Shown here: positions 38,940 to 52,930 of the stretch, one piece after another | Layout: every line of letters starts with the position of its first letter | How positions within the stretch are numbered: position 1 is the first letter of the stretch | Source: the human T2T-CHM13v2.0 reference genome, Homo sapiens | Length of the DNA stretch: 64,000 nucleotides | Assembly (NCBI RefSeq): GCF_009914755.1 | Contig: NC_060930.1 | Direction: 5' to 3' (one strand) | The notes under the pieces: model-generated | Told to the model about the DNA's origin: nothing | Database searches by the model: none | What the model saw: only the letters and a program-made list of their open reading frames with translations | Made by a program: the position numbers and the translations under genes

Positions 38940-39926
38940 AAAGGACTTTGTCCCATTACGTCCTCCCTCTCCATCATCGAAAATAAATTCACACACCAAA
39001 AAACCACAGTGAAATTTCTAAGTAGGCTTCTTCTTCTTGTGGTAAGAACAGAGTAGAAAATCAAGAGAGTAGAAAATGAAGTATTTTTTATTAAGAAATG
39101 TAAAGATTTTAAGATTACTAAAAAAAAATAAAAAATATTCCTCATGCAGGACTACTGCCATCTAAAGGCCTCAGCATAATATTACAAATAAGTATTTGGT
39201 TCTATGTAGCTAAATGTCTAATATTTAAGTGCCATAGAGTTTTATTTTTAGAAATTCATATTTTTCCTATTTTTTTCCAATTTAGTAAATGAACTTTTTT
39301 CTTACCCCTTAAAGAATTATATGTGCCACAGAAGATATGTAGATTGGCTTAGGTTATACAAAAAGTTGAACATACAATGTTTAATTAGGAATATTTAGAA
39401 AAGCATATTTTAAACTAATGAAAAAAGAAACAGGCCATTTCCCTCCTTCCCAAAAATGTATGGCAAATCATATTTACAATATAGATGTTAAAATAAAGTA
39501 TTATAAATTCACAAAAGATCAGTTATTGAGATATTATAGAGTCTAAAGCTTAAGCTAGCTAATCACAAGTCACACCTAAGGTTAAAATTGCTAAATTATA
39601 GTACCACCTCAATTAAAAGCAGATCAATTGTAATAATGAAATTTAATTCTAGAAAATCGGCTGTAATATAACTTCCTGTTTCTGAATATTTCTAAATTAT
39701 TACATAACTCATAAGTATAAGAAAAAACAGTACATGAAATACTAAAAACAAAAAAACTCTAAAACTTCACAGCATGGTATTAATGTTACACATAAGCAAA
39801 AGTACCCAACTTCAAGAAGTCAACAAATAACATAAACCCAAGTTCATGTCCTTTACAGACCTTTCAAATGGCAAATATTTCCTACATTTAACACAACACT
39901 GATTTGAGTCAATTATCCTTATTAAC

Positions 39927-40623
<697 letters not shown>

Positions 40624-42569
40624 CTCAAAGAAACAGAAATTAATTGGTATCTAAGTAGAAGACTGAACTTGTAGTTGATAATACAAGAGCTGTGGCATTT
40701 TATCAGTAAGTGTGATAAAAGTTTAATGTGCAGGGAAAATGAAATATCTTTATCCAAAAATAAGCCTTATGAAACAATTAAACTGAGTGTTTGTATTTAA
40801 ACTCAGGGTTATGTAGGGAATGGGAGAAGAGAAGGGAACCATCCCCTATATTTCTGGAAGAGTCAGACTGAGGTTTGAGGTACAAAGGAAAGGTGAGTGG
40901 GGCTCAAGAAAGAGTACAAGCCTCTAGGATTGGATCATTTGCAAAATTCTCCCACAAAGTTTAAATGATGTGGACTCTCTAGCACAAGAACTGTTTGTGT
41001 AAACATGCAGAATATATATAATTTGTTAATCAGCAAGTACATAAGATTGTTGATGTGCATGTAATAGCCAGATCCAGTCCCAGGACCACTTGGTTATCGA
41101 CCCAGGGGTCTTTTTCTCTTTAAGAGTGCCCTGGTTCCCTCTCTCCCCTTACCCCAAGTCAATTTCCTGTTCACAATTCAGCACACTCAAGAGGTTTTGT
41201 AAGGAGAAGTTTTTGCTAAGTCAACAAAAAACAATCCTTTTATACTCTTCCCTCTTACAATGAATGTACTAGTACATTTGTATTACTAAGGGAAGTCCCT
41301 AAAGTACCTAAAGCACCTACTCCCACATGAAACAAGATATTCCCCAAGGAAACATGTGCCCTTCAATGTGGCATGCACCTGGAAGTTTGACTTTGGTAGC
41401 ATTCTATTGCAAGGTGCAGAGGAGAATGCCAAGGTCAATGCTCCAGGGCCAACAAGCTTTTTCCAGCCTCTCCAACAATCCAGCCTTTTCTCTTTTGGTT
41501 CACAGACATTGAAAACATGATTGTTGGACTCATCAGTGAACAGCTTAATCTTCTTGAAGATTCTTTACTTTTCCTATTCCAGAGAGATTTGTTTGGGGCT
41601 TTTAAGTGTTATAATGGAACAAGTTATCAATTTTATTCAAATGGGTCTACTAGGTATAAGTGTCCTCCTACTCAATTGTACTATCTATTGCACTAAATTA
41701 ATCCTCTGATTGGTCTATTAGCCTCAGAAGGATTAGTATTTGAAAGGGTTAAATGCAGTTCTCAATCAATTATATTTTCATTATGTCACGACTATTGATT
41801 TGTCCCATTAGACACATTGTTCCTTTAAATTGAGAACTGAAGCAGTGTAAACATAATAGATTTGTATTTTCTTTTTAAAATGAGGTACTATGTAATAAAG
41901 ATCTCAAAGTGCTAGTCCTTCACATCCGGAAATCAGGAAGAGAATTAAATGCCCTAAGGCATACATTGTATGTAATGGATTAACTTTCTCTGCATCTAAA
42001 ATGGTAGTAGTTATACAGTTCTTGAGAGAATTAAGCAAATGTCACTCAAAACATTTTGTGCTCTATAAACCTTAAACCCGGTTTGCAAAAGTTTTTTGTA
42101 GTATGCTCTATATATTTCTATGAAGTTTCTGATGCCCTTTCATAAAAAATTCATTACAATAACAAAATAGGATTATCAAGTAATAACCAATATTGGTTTC
42201 CATAACAAGTATCATCTTGCAAAATGGTTCTTCACGATGTCTGATACATTTATTTTCTAACGCACTCCAGGGTATGAAATAGTGAAAGGTCTGTCTTCCA
42301 CTTAACCACTTAGGAAACCAAGGAATATAAAGTTTTTGGTTTAAACCACTATCAAAGATCACGTGGGTGAAAAGACCTTCCAAATTGTAGGCTAACTGGG
42401 TCAGAGGGATATTAGCGGATGAATTTTTTCTATGATCTTACTATTCCTCACACAGGGGTAAAAGGTCAGGTCTAACCTCATGATCTCCTGGTTTCCGAGG
42501 CGCCCTGAGGCGATGGAGTGTCCCGGTTAATTTTGTGGTAGCCCTCGGGAAAGGCTACGTGCCTACAGG

Positions 42570-43330
42570 TCTCAGCTGTGCAGCAGCGGCACCGCTCCTG
42601 GACCCCTACTGCCTTCTGGGCTCCTAGGCTTGCGGAACAGATCAGGAGTCGCCGGCATTGGGGTACCAGGAGGACGCGAGCTGACTACCTGACTCCGGGC
42701 GGCGCAGGACGCCCGCCGCGCGAGGGGCGGGGGCTAAGCGTATCGAGGGGCGGTGCTCGAGGGCGCGGGAGGCGGGAGAGGCTGCCGCGCCGTGTGCCCT
42801 GGCAGCCGCAGCCCCGCCCCGCCGCGTCCGGCCCGGTCCTGTCCCGCAGCGTCCCGCCAGCCAGCTCCTTGCACCCTTCGCGGCCGAGGCGCTCCCTGGT
42901 GCTCCCCGCGCAGCCATGGCTCAGCACTTCTCCCTGGCCGCCTGCGACGTGGTCGGATTCGACCTGGACCACACTCTGTGTCGCTACAACCTGCCCGAGA
43001 GCGCCCCGGTGAGTGGCGCGGGCTCCGGGGCGCACTGCGCGCAACCTCCATGGCGGCTGGGGCTTGAGTTTCCTCCAGGTTTGGGCAACGGCGGACGCTG
43101 CCCGGGGCCTGCGGCGGCCGAGTCTTGCCGCAGAGCGCGGCCTCCAGCGGCGAGAAGGGGCGGAAGTGTGCAGCCTCCGCTCCGCGCCGGTGCCGTGGGG
43201 ACCGGCACATTTACCTCAGCCATTAGCTAATGTTGAGAGGGATAGGGAAGAACGAAGGAGGGGCAAACTGCGCAAGACCGGGCTGGGGAATCGGAGATTT
43301 CTAGGGCCGAGGAGGGGCGGGGTCAGGGGG
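42570..43330. promoter_or_regulatory. NT5DC1: CpG island and NT5DC1 promoter
   Basis: Very GC- and CpG-rich; GC boxes (GGGGCGGGG, CCCCGCCCC) and an ETS motif GGCGGAAGTG at about 43159. Spans exon 1. Confidence 0.9.
42916..43008 (+). CDS. NT5DC1: NT5DC1 coding exon 1 (HAD-superfamily 5'-nucleotidase domain protein; DxDxT motif DLDHT)
   Basis: Strong Kozak gccATGG; MAQHFSLAACDVVGFDLDHTLCRYNLPESAP; donor CCG|GTGAGT (phase 0). Confidence 0.96.
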
Positions 43331-43859
43331 ACTAGGGCTGTCCTTGAAGATCTCACGTCGTGGAACTTTCTCTGCATGTCTTTCTGGACACCAGCTGATT
43401 GTGGACACAGCCACTTGATTTGGTACTTGCATTTTTTTTGGCTGCATTTTTCTGTTTGCACGATCAACCACCCATCAGTGTTTAAACTGCAATCTGGGAG
43501 AGATGCGTAGTATATAGTGTAGTGTATTGAAAGGAACACTAGTTGAAAAGTCATTAAGATCTTAGCCCTAGTTTTACCTTCTATCAAGAGAAGAAAATAC
43601 ATATTTATTGCGCATCGACTACGTGCTCCGTGCACTTTGAATACATTCCAGTCCTACCAACAGTCTGCGAAGTTTGGGTCCTCACTGTGCCCTGAGGGAG
43701 GGGGACATGGAGTATGCATGCTTCCAGACCTGTACACTCAAATTAATTGCCCTCCCTCCACTATTCCTTTGGTTTCCCAATTCCCAAGGAAACTAATTTT
43801 GAAAAGTTACCAGATTTTTTTAGTCCAAGATCTAAGCATCCAGACAGAAAAAGAGCTGG

Positions 43860-44105
43860 TTATGAGTACAGTGGTGAAAGCGAGGACTCCTCAGCCAGAC
43901 TGCCTAGCTTAGGACACCAGCTCCACTGTTACTAGCTCTGTGACTTCGAGGAAGTTACTTAACCTGTGCTGCTTCTCAGTTTCCCCATCTGTAAAATGGA
44001 GCTAATAATTGGATTTACCTCACAAGATTGTTGCAAGGATTAAATGAGTAAGAGATGTATAATGCGTAGAATAGTACCTTGGCAAAGACAAGTGTTTGCT
44101 TTTAT
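43860..44105 (+). mobile_element. MIR
   Basis: AGCTCTGTGACTT.GAGGAAGTTACTTAACC...TCAGTTTCCCCATCTGTAAAATGG. Confidence 0.8.
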
Positions 44106-47100
44106 GGTTACCACCCAAACCATTTGGAAACCTCACAGTTTATGGGTAGAACTCTAGATCACTGGTGCAGACATCAGCCAGGGTTGTGCCCCATTATGGG
44201 CACCCGCCAGTTCCTGCACCCACCAGTTCAGGTACACGTTAAAGGTCAAAAAAGAGTGGCTGCCCGAATTTCTCGTGTGTTTTCTATGCCCAGATGCTAA
44301 ATTTTTTTTTAAATGTCCTTTTTCTGCTGTTACACTTTCCTGCTTTCTTACCTTACAGGTCTGGTTTCCTTAGTCACATTGAGAATTAAGAAGGCTTTTT
44401 TACTGCTTGATTCTTTGGCCACTGCTTCCCCTAGGTCTTTGATACATGTTTTCCTTCCCTCTGTGTCTTTCGAATCCTTCCTGGTTCACAGTTTTGTGTG
44501 TCTCCTCTTTAGTTACCTTCATTTGGAGGTAATATTGTTAAACCACTGTCATGTTAGAGCTAGTGTTGTCCATAGGTGATCATAAAATTTCAGAATATAA
44601 GATTCTCAAAGACAAGAGGTTTTTTTACTGCAAACCTGGAGAATAAGTGATGTTTAAAGCTTGAAAACAGTAACCTATTGAGTTTTGGATCATGTTTGGT
44701 GTGGAAATCTTTTTTATTTTAAGTCCCACAGTGTGCTGAGCACCATGCTAGAGCTGAGGATACAGAGATCAACACGCAGGCCTCCAGGCAGCCTTACACA
44801 GTAGGCAAAAATGCTGAAGAGTTAGTCTTGGTCCCTTGTGGTGGGTAGTATGACCTGGGTCTTGCTTCACGCTGCCAACAGTGCCTGGAGGGCCTCTTTG
44901 CTCTGCACAGAAGCTCTTCATCCCATCAGGCCTCATCTTAAACATCGTTCCCCTTAGGAAGTCTTTTTGGCCCTTAAAGTTTGCCCTTCCATTCTAAGCC
45001 CACCTTCAGTTTTCCACAAAACCCTTCATTCCTCATAGCACATGCTGCATGATATTAACACTTCCTGTTTACTTGTTGGACTTCCCCTAGAGCCCAGCGT
45101 GATGACTCCATCAGTATCTGTGACAGTTTCTTGTGTGTTCTGTGTGCCGAGCTTAGTGCTGGGCACATACTGGACTCAATAAATAGACTGAATAGATAAT
45201 AGGTATTTTAATAACAGAATATGATACAGCCATGATTCTAATAAGCATGCTGCTTATATGAATGGATTTAATCCTTACAACGTCCCTGTGAGGTAGATAT
45301 TATCACCACTGTTTAATCACTTAACAGTGATTTAGTCACTGTTAAGAGAGCATCAAGCAACGGGGCACAGAAGGAAAGTGTATCCAGGGCAACTAAGCGA
45401 GGTAGTCCGGCTGTGGATTTCTGCTTCTTCCCACCTTGCTGTCTGTATGGTGCCCGAAAACACAGAGGAAAGGCTGGGAGCTGGCAGGTGAGGAGGTGGA
45501 GAGGAGTGCTTCACCCAGAGGAGTTAGAGTAAAGGCCAGAACCTCGAGGTGAGCAACAGCACCGGGAACTGCTGGGTGCAAGCAAAAGGTGGCAAGTTGC
45601 AGGAGAAGATGGTGGAGAAGTCAGTGGGGGCTGCATCATGGAGAGCTGTGAGTGCGTCTCCTTTCAGTTTTGTAGGCATTTAACAACTGCACAGAGTTGT
45701 GCAAACACAGAACTGAGTGTGTCCCCCTCACATGAGGCCTCAGGAAAGGCATTCTAGAAGAGAGGATGACACATGGTTTCTCCTCTCTAAGGTTGCAGAC
45801 TCAGAAGTCTGATACCAGTCAGTTAACGTAGATGTGTGAGTGGGAGAGTGGGGTCCCAAATATTGCATGCTTATACTAAAAAAAAATTATTTGTTTTTTA
45901 TTTGAAAGTCACATTTACCTAGGCATTTTTAAATTTTATCTGGCAACCTTAAGTGGGAACCAAACATAATTTGTAGGCTGCATATGGACCACAGGGTACC
46001 AATTGGCAACTGCAGGAGAACGTGTATTATTATTACTCCTGAGAGACTGTGAGGTGGTGATAGCTAAGGCTGGGGGAGGAATGTCATGGAGAGCCCTGTG
46101 CCATGAAGGCTTCTAGAGAGACTCAGCGTACTCTAAGGACAAACTGCAAGAAGCCTTCTGCCTAGACCAGGGGTTTCAGAGTACAGATGCCCCTGCTTTT
46201 CTTCACACTGCTTTTCTCTGCTTCTTTTCCTTGTCCATTGGCCCCCTTCTCTCCTGTTACAGAAAAATCTCCTCCACAAGGTAAGGAACACAGCTGTTGC
46301 TGTCCCTGTTGGCGTCTCTGATGGAAAGGGCTCCTTTCTTCCAGGAGAATTCAAGTGTTTTAGAATTACATGCCCATATCTTAGACTAATCACTTGAATA
46401 ACTGGAGAAACTCAAAAGTGCCTCAACGAGAGGCAAATCTAAGGTGTACAATAGCTGGCTCTTAGGGGCTTGTGAAAGCCAATTGTTAACTATTCAGGAA
46501 TTGTGCAAGCAGGTAAACTGCTGTTGGTGACTTGAAACAGGCCATGGTGGGAATATTTACACCGTGGAGATGGGCAAGCGCTACCTGTCAGGGCAGTGTT
46601 TTTGTTTTCTGTTTTTTTGTTTTGTTTTGTTTTGTTTTTAGCAGCATACAACATAATAATAGCAAATACTTAAATTGGATTTGCTGGTGTGCCAGGCTCT
46701 GCTCTAAGCATTTTACATCTGTTAGCCCTGCAGCACTGGTTTCTTATAAGCAGGATCGTGATGTGGACTTTTTATTGTCCATAGTACTTTGTACCACAGG
46801 GTGACTCAGTGTATTTTTTGTTGCTTTTTTCCTTTTAATGATTGAATAAAAATCTGTAAAACATGCAGGTCAGTGATTTTCAGTGTTCTCTGTGCTTCAG
46901 AGAGGGCCCTCTCTACCCTGTATGCTTGGAAGCTCTGGGTAGTTTTAAGAAGTGTCACCTATGGTTCTGAATCACCACCAGGGTTATGAACTGTTGATAT
47001 ATAGTGTTAACATAATGTGGTTCAATTAACAGTTGACCTGGATAAGGTCACATTGCACTGGATGGAAGTACATGTGTAGTGATTTTAATTAGCTTTATGA

Positions 47101-48228
47101 CAGGGAGCAACTCGATTTGACATTTCACAAGGAGCCTTTGCTTTCTCCATGCTCATATCCTGACACTCAGACCCCGACACCCCTACTCCAGCTGTGTGCA
47201 GGCCCCTCAGTTTCTGAACCTGAGTTGCCCCCCATTCCCTCTGCATTCACCCAGCGAACTGCTGCATCTAAGTATCAGTGTAAACCTCACTACCCAGGAG
47301 AGATTTCCCCTGCTCCTCTGCCTCCCTCTTCTCCCTAAAAGTATGACATGTTATCGAAACCTGTTGTGGGTTAATATCTGTAGAAGAAGGGTCAGATTGT
47401 TCAGTGTGTCCTTTTGGACACTGTGCAGGTTGACTCAGACAACTGTTCTGCTCAGGCTCAAGTTTACCCAACACTGGCCAAAGAACACTTCGAGGTAGAA
47501 TAAGGTTGGACCATCTACCTTTTGTGCACTTTTTGTTTGGTATGTACAGTTCTTTTAAAGTTAGCCAGCACTTAAAAACCAGATATTTTACTCAAAAACC
47601 TAGCATTTTTTGTTGTTGAGAAATAAGATCTGTCAGCAATCAACAGAGTATTTATTATTGTAATTATTGTACTTGCTTCCAGAGGCTTTCTTTGTCCTTT
47701 GTCTTTAGATTTTTTTTTTTTAATGGTTTTTGTGTATGTGTGTGTGGAGAAACAAGAGTGATTACCTGTATCTGATAGAGGCATCATGACTTGTTTAGAT
47801 CACCTTCCTGGTCCCCATATGTATTTCCCTGACATGGGGCCTTTCTGGCCAGAATGGACCAAGGATGGATGGATAGAGTGGTCATCATCTTTATCATCTT
47901 AGTGATGTATTAAATAAGTTTAAAAAGCTTTGTCAAGTCTTAAATTATGATCTCCAACCCATTAGAATTCAGGAGTAGGGTTAATAATTGTCTTTGGTTG
48001 TATAATTGTATGCTGACGGTATAATTTTGAATGGGACAGCTACCTGGGGCATGCAGGGGATGATAAATTGCTTGTGAAGGAGAATTATACTGCAGAACTT
48101 CACAATTACAGATATTTCCTTCCTCCTACCTGCCCCCATCAGCAATTCCATTAGGGTTTTAGGTCTGTGACATTAAGAATGAATAGTGGGTGTTATATTT
48201 AATCTGTTTTTCTTCCCCTTATTTGCAG

Positions 48229-48320
48229 CTCATTTATAATAGCTTTGCCCAGTTCCTAGTTAAGGAGAAAGGGTACGATAAGGAATTGCTCAATGTGACC
48301 CCAGAGGATTGGGATTTCTG
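48229..48320 (+). CDS. NT5DC1: NT5DC1 coding exon 2 (92 nt)
   Basis: Acceptor ttatttgcag|; LIYNSFAQFLVKEKGYDKELLNVTPEDWDF; donor TG|GTAAGT (phase 2). Confidence 0.95.
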
Positions 48321-48890
48321 GTAAGTTCTTTTTTTTTTTTTTTTTTAAGTCTGTACATTTCCTGTGGTTCTAATTGTTACTGATAAAACTGTAATGCTTT
48401 CTCTTCTAAGAAGATGGAATGTGAAATGTGAGATTGAGTCAAAGGACAAATGCCTTCTATATTAAAAGTTTTGTATTTAATGAATTAAAGTGTTTTCTAC
48501 TTTAAACAAGTTTAGACTTGCCTAATTAAATGTGAAAATAAGCTAAGAGTTTATGTGACTAATTTGGATATTTTCATATAGTTTAAGTTTGTCATAATAG
48601 TTTCAGAGGTTAGTAAGAACTGTTTCTAAAATTTACATCTTTAAGAAAAAGGTTTGGTTTACTATCTTTTAAGAACTATAAGAGAAAAGGAGGAATCATC
48701 ACATTTTGAGTAAGTCTGAATTAGGACAATTGCTTTTCTGTCATTTAGTTCGACATTCCTAAGACTCTTACTGGGAATTCCCTTCCTGGGTTAGGACTCT
48801 CAGCTTCCCAAAGCTTCGTTTGTCTTCCTCATTTAGATAACAAAACAAACAAATATCCTAAGCCACTTTAAATTGTTCAGTTTAAAATCA

Positions 48891-49180
48891 GGCCAGGCAG
48901 GCGTGGTGGCAATTCTGTAATCCCAGCACTTTGGGAGGCTGAGGTGGGCAGATTGCTTGAGTCTAGGAGTTGGAGACCAGCCTGGGCAACATGACGAAAC
49001 CCCAACTCTGCAAAAAATAAAAAATAATTAGCCAGGTGAGGTGGCACGTGCTTGTATTTCCAGCTACTGGAGAGACTAAGGTGGGAGGATTGCCTGAACC
49101 CAGGAGGTCCAGGCTGCTGTGAGCCGCTGATCATGCCACTGCATTCCAGCCTGGGCTACAGAGTGAGAATCAATAACAAT
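48891..49180 (+). mobile_element. AluJ in NT5DC1 intron 2
   Basis: GATTGCTTGAGTCTAGGAGTT.GAGACCAGCCTGGGCAACAT...GGAGGATTGCCTGAACCCAGG. Confidence 0.88.
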
Positions 49181-49504
49181 ACTAAACCACATGAAAAATA
49201 CCTACATTATGTTGATCTAGTATGCATTCTTTTGATATTTTGTTAGTCTTTTTTGATGTAACATTTTTGTAAAAGGAAGAAACAGTAACATGTTACTATA
49301 TGAAATTACTGACTCTGGAAGTTTTACCCTGAACAAAAGTAAATAATCCTTCTAAAGTACCCTGTCATTTTTTGTTTAATTCCCTTGGTATTTGGTAGCC
49401 ATTATACCACTTTGCTTTTATTATTCATAATAATGAATCTGTACTCACCTTTCTCCCCAAATCCCACAAGTCTTTTACAGTAAAGGAGCTAAAACAGTAT
49501 TTGA

Positions 49505-49845
<341 letters not shown>

Positions 49846-50337
49846 ATAGTGGTTTTCAATGATATGCCTTGTCCAGATGGCAAGTTCTTGTAACCTGACC
49901 TAAATTGAGACGAATTCTAGAGTGTAGGAAAGACTGGCTAAGTGCTTAACTTGTAGAATATAAATGTGTGTGTGTGTGTGTGTATGTGTGTTTTATTTAG
50001 TGGAAAACATTTGTACATTTTAACAAAGTCATGGGATGATGTTCAGGTTCTTTTTTTCTCTTTTGAGTTTTAGATTTATCTTTTGAAAAGCCTAAAGATT
50101 TTACAAACTAAATATGCTGTCCTTGTTTACCTATATAACAATTTTCCTTTTATACCTGCTCAGTGATAGATATTTAATTTTACAGTTCTTAGATATTCTT
50201 AATTGTGTGATTAACATATCATTCCCCTGGGTGGCAGAATCCCTTTTTAGCATTATGATGTTTGGAAAATATAGGTTGTTATTTCTTAGGTTAGCTAAAT
50301 ATAGGAATTGATTAATAATCAAACTTTCCTATTTCAG

Positions 50338-50409
50338 TTGCAAAGGTTTGGCATTGGATCTAGAAGATGGGAACTTCCTTAAACTTGCAAATAATGGCAC
50401 TGTTCTCAG
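50338..50409 (+). CDS. NT5DC1: NT5DC1 coding exon 3 (72 nt, symmetric phase 2-2)
   Basis: Acceptor cctatttcag|; CKGLALDLEDGNFLKLANNGTVL; donor AG|GTAATA. Confidence 0.95.
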
Positions 50410-51888
50410 GTAATAAAACTTAGTTGTGAAGTCAAAACTTTACCTTCTCTGAGACACTTTATTACTGAGTGGCATATGACCCTTACAGTATGGGTTAAAT
50501 ATGATTATTTTAATTAATCAGATGACAGATTGTCTGTCTACATGTCTTTGTATGAATTGTTTAAGCCATTTAAATATGAATTTGTGAGCATTAGATTTAA
50601 AGGTCTAGTTCCTTTAAGTTTACATCATTAGAAATATTTGTAGGACATACAATAGAAAGTTTATAACCTGCTACGTCTCATTGACCACTCCTTCTGGCAA
50701 AAGAGCCCAGGAATTTTACTGTTTTAGCTGACTGTGTGGCTGCCTAAAATAAAATTGGGATTCTTTTTGTTAAGGAAGAAAGAATGGGTATTGGGTAGGG
50801 GTTGGTGGTCTATACCCACCACCCTCTCTTTCTTCATTTATCCAAATTTGGCCCTGTCATGCAGGGATCATGTTGTGTCCTAGCTCCTTTTGGAAGTTTT
50901 TCTGGACTGTTCCAAGTCTCATCAACCTCTTCCTCCTCCCACACTCCAGGCTGACTTTCTTTACTTCTCTCCTCTCTGAGTGGGCCCAGCCTCTCAACGG
51001 TTGCTAAGGGTATGACAAGCAGTCCAGAAGCAGCTGCTGTCACTGCTCTGTCTCTCACAGGGCACCAGGGAGGGAGCATCTGTTTTTTCTCCAGTACTAA
51101 TAGTACAGGCAAGTCAACATGGCTATGAAGCTATACCATTTATTACATACACAAACAGGATCAGAATCAAAGGAGAGAACTCCCAGACCCCTGATATGTA
51201 CTCTCTTTTGTTGCATCATTCTTTTTGCATGATGCAAACTCCCTTCACACTTTCCCCCGACCTTCCCCTAAGGTGCATCTACCTAGAGCAGGTGTAGCCC
51301 CACCTTTGGTATTTTGTAGTTTGTTTCCATGTTTATTTCTCAGTCATTGAGAGATAGGGTATGTGTAAATGCAGCTTTGTCTATGACCTTTAACTCTTCT
51401 GTCAGATTCTCACAGTGTTCTTGGCTATCTTCAACCACAGTTAAAAGAATGAAAAGCTTTCTACAATTTTGTTTCTTTCTCTCTTTGTTCTATCTGTCTG
51501 TCCTTGTCCCAGTACCCCTCCTACAAGGTCTGTCTCTCTCCATCCAAGTCCTGGCTAACCTTTAGTTTCTCCTGAATTTATTAGCATACCTCCTTGATGC
51601 TTTCTTTCAACCAATGTAGTAGATTCCTTTTCTGATCATATTTCCCATTCAGGATTCTTTGATCTTTACATATAGCTTTCTAAAATGTTAACCCCTTTAT
51701 AAAAAGGAGCCCATTTGTGATTTTCCCCCATTTGCTTTTCTTATTTTATTTCTTTTTTCCTTCATATTATTTTGTTGCCACATTATAATACCAAGAGAAT
51801 AATACTCTCAATCATTATAATTTCTCATAATAAACTACATTAACATTTCAACTAGTTCCTATAATGAACTACATTAACATTTCAACTA

Positions 51889-52173
51889 CAGTAGTCCCTC
51901 CTTATCCTCGGAGGTTAGCTTCCAAAACCCCCAGTGGTTCCTTGAAATCATGGATAGTACATATCCCTATGTGTACTATGTCTTTTCCAATGATAAGGTT
52001 TAATAGATATAGTAAGAAAATATAAAATATAACAATAGAACTCAGAATGCTATGCAGTTTAAAACTTACGAATTGTTTGTTTCTGGAATTATGCCCTTAG
52101 TATTTTTCAACCCAGGTTGACCACAGGTAACTGAAACTGTGGGAGAGCAAAACTGGATAAGGGGGAACTACCA
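51889..52173. mobile_element. MER44-like (TcMar-Tigger) MITE
   Basis: TA|CAGTAGTCCCTCCTTATCC...GGATAAGGGGGAACTACCA|TA terminal inverted repeats. Confidence 0.8.
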
Positions 52174-52823
52174 TATTTCTCTATAGCATAGGATTCTCTT
52201 AACTGGACAAAAGCAGTATTTCGAGCACAGAAAATAACTACTTTCTTGTCATGTTGCTCTGTTTTTCCACATTTCTCTTCGATTTCCCTATTTGGTTTTA
52301 GCCATGCTGTGTCCTTGAGTGGGCAGGTTGCTCCTCATCTTGTCTTCACAGTCCTGCGTGCTCACAATGATCCACCTGTGGGTGCCAGGTGCTTCCTGTG
52401 CCTCCTATGGGCCCGATGGACTCATGCTTTGACTCTGGTACCTACTGCTCTTTCTCCAGTGCTGCCAGAACCAGCTTCCCACTAATCCACACAGTTGTTT
52501 TCTAATTGCTCCAGGTATGTTCATCTTATTTGTGTAGTTAAACGACAACTTCTCTAAAAAAGGGTGGTATCTTATCCAGTGTTGACCTCAGAGTGAGTAT
52601 CTCCTAATCACCTGCTACTTGATGGATTAAAGCGGGTAAGTGCTACAGCTGCCCACAGAAATGCTTTACAGAATCCTAAACAGGGAGGCACCCAGTTGAA
52701 AACAGAAAAAATACATATGTTTTTGTTAGCTCCAGTGGCAACAGGGATCAACAGTCACAATGATAGAGGAAGGGGCATTCAAGGAACCATTAATGAGCAA
52801 TGTGCCTCCTCTCTCAAAATCAG

Positions 52824-52930
52824 GGCAAGCCATGGCACCAAGATGATGACTCCAGAGGTGCTGGCAGAGGCATATGGCAAGAAAGAGTGGAAGCACTTCT
52901 TGTCGGACACTGGAATGGCTTGCCGCTCAG
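52824..52930 (+). CDS. NT5DC1: NT5DC1 coding exon 4 (107 nt)
   Basis: Acceptor ctctctcaaaatcag|; ASHGTKMMTPEVLAEAYGKKEWKHFLSDTGMACRS; donor CAG|GTATGA (phase 1). Confidence 0.94.

Noticed and set aside
42578-43635. Many overlapping ORFs on both strands
   Set aside because: Expected from stop-codon scarcity in a CpG island. Only 42916-43008 has Kozak, motif and splice support.
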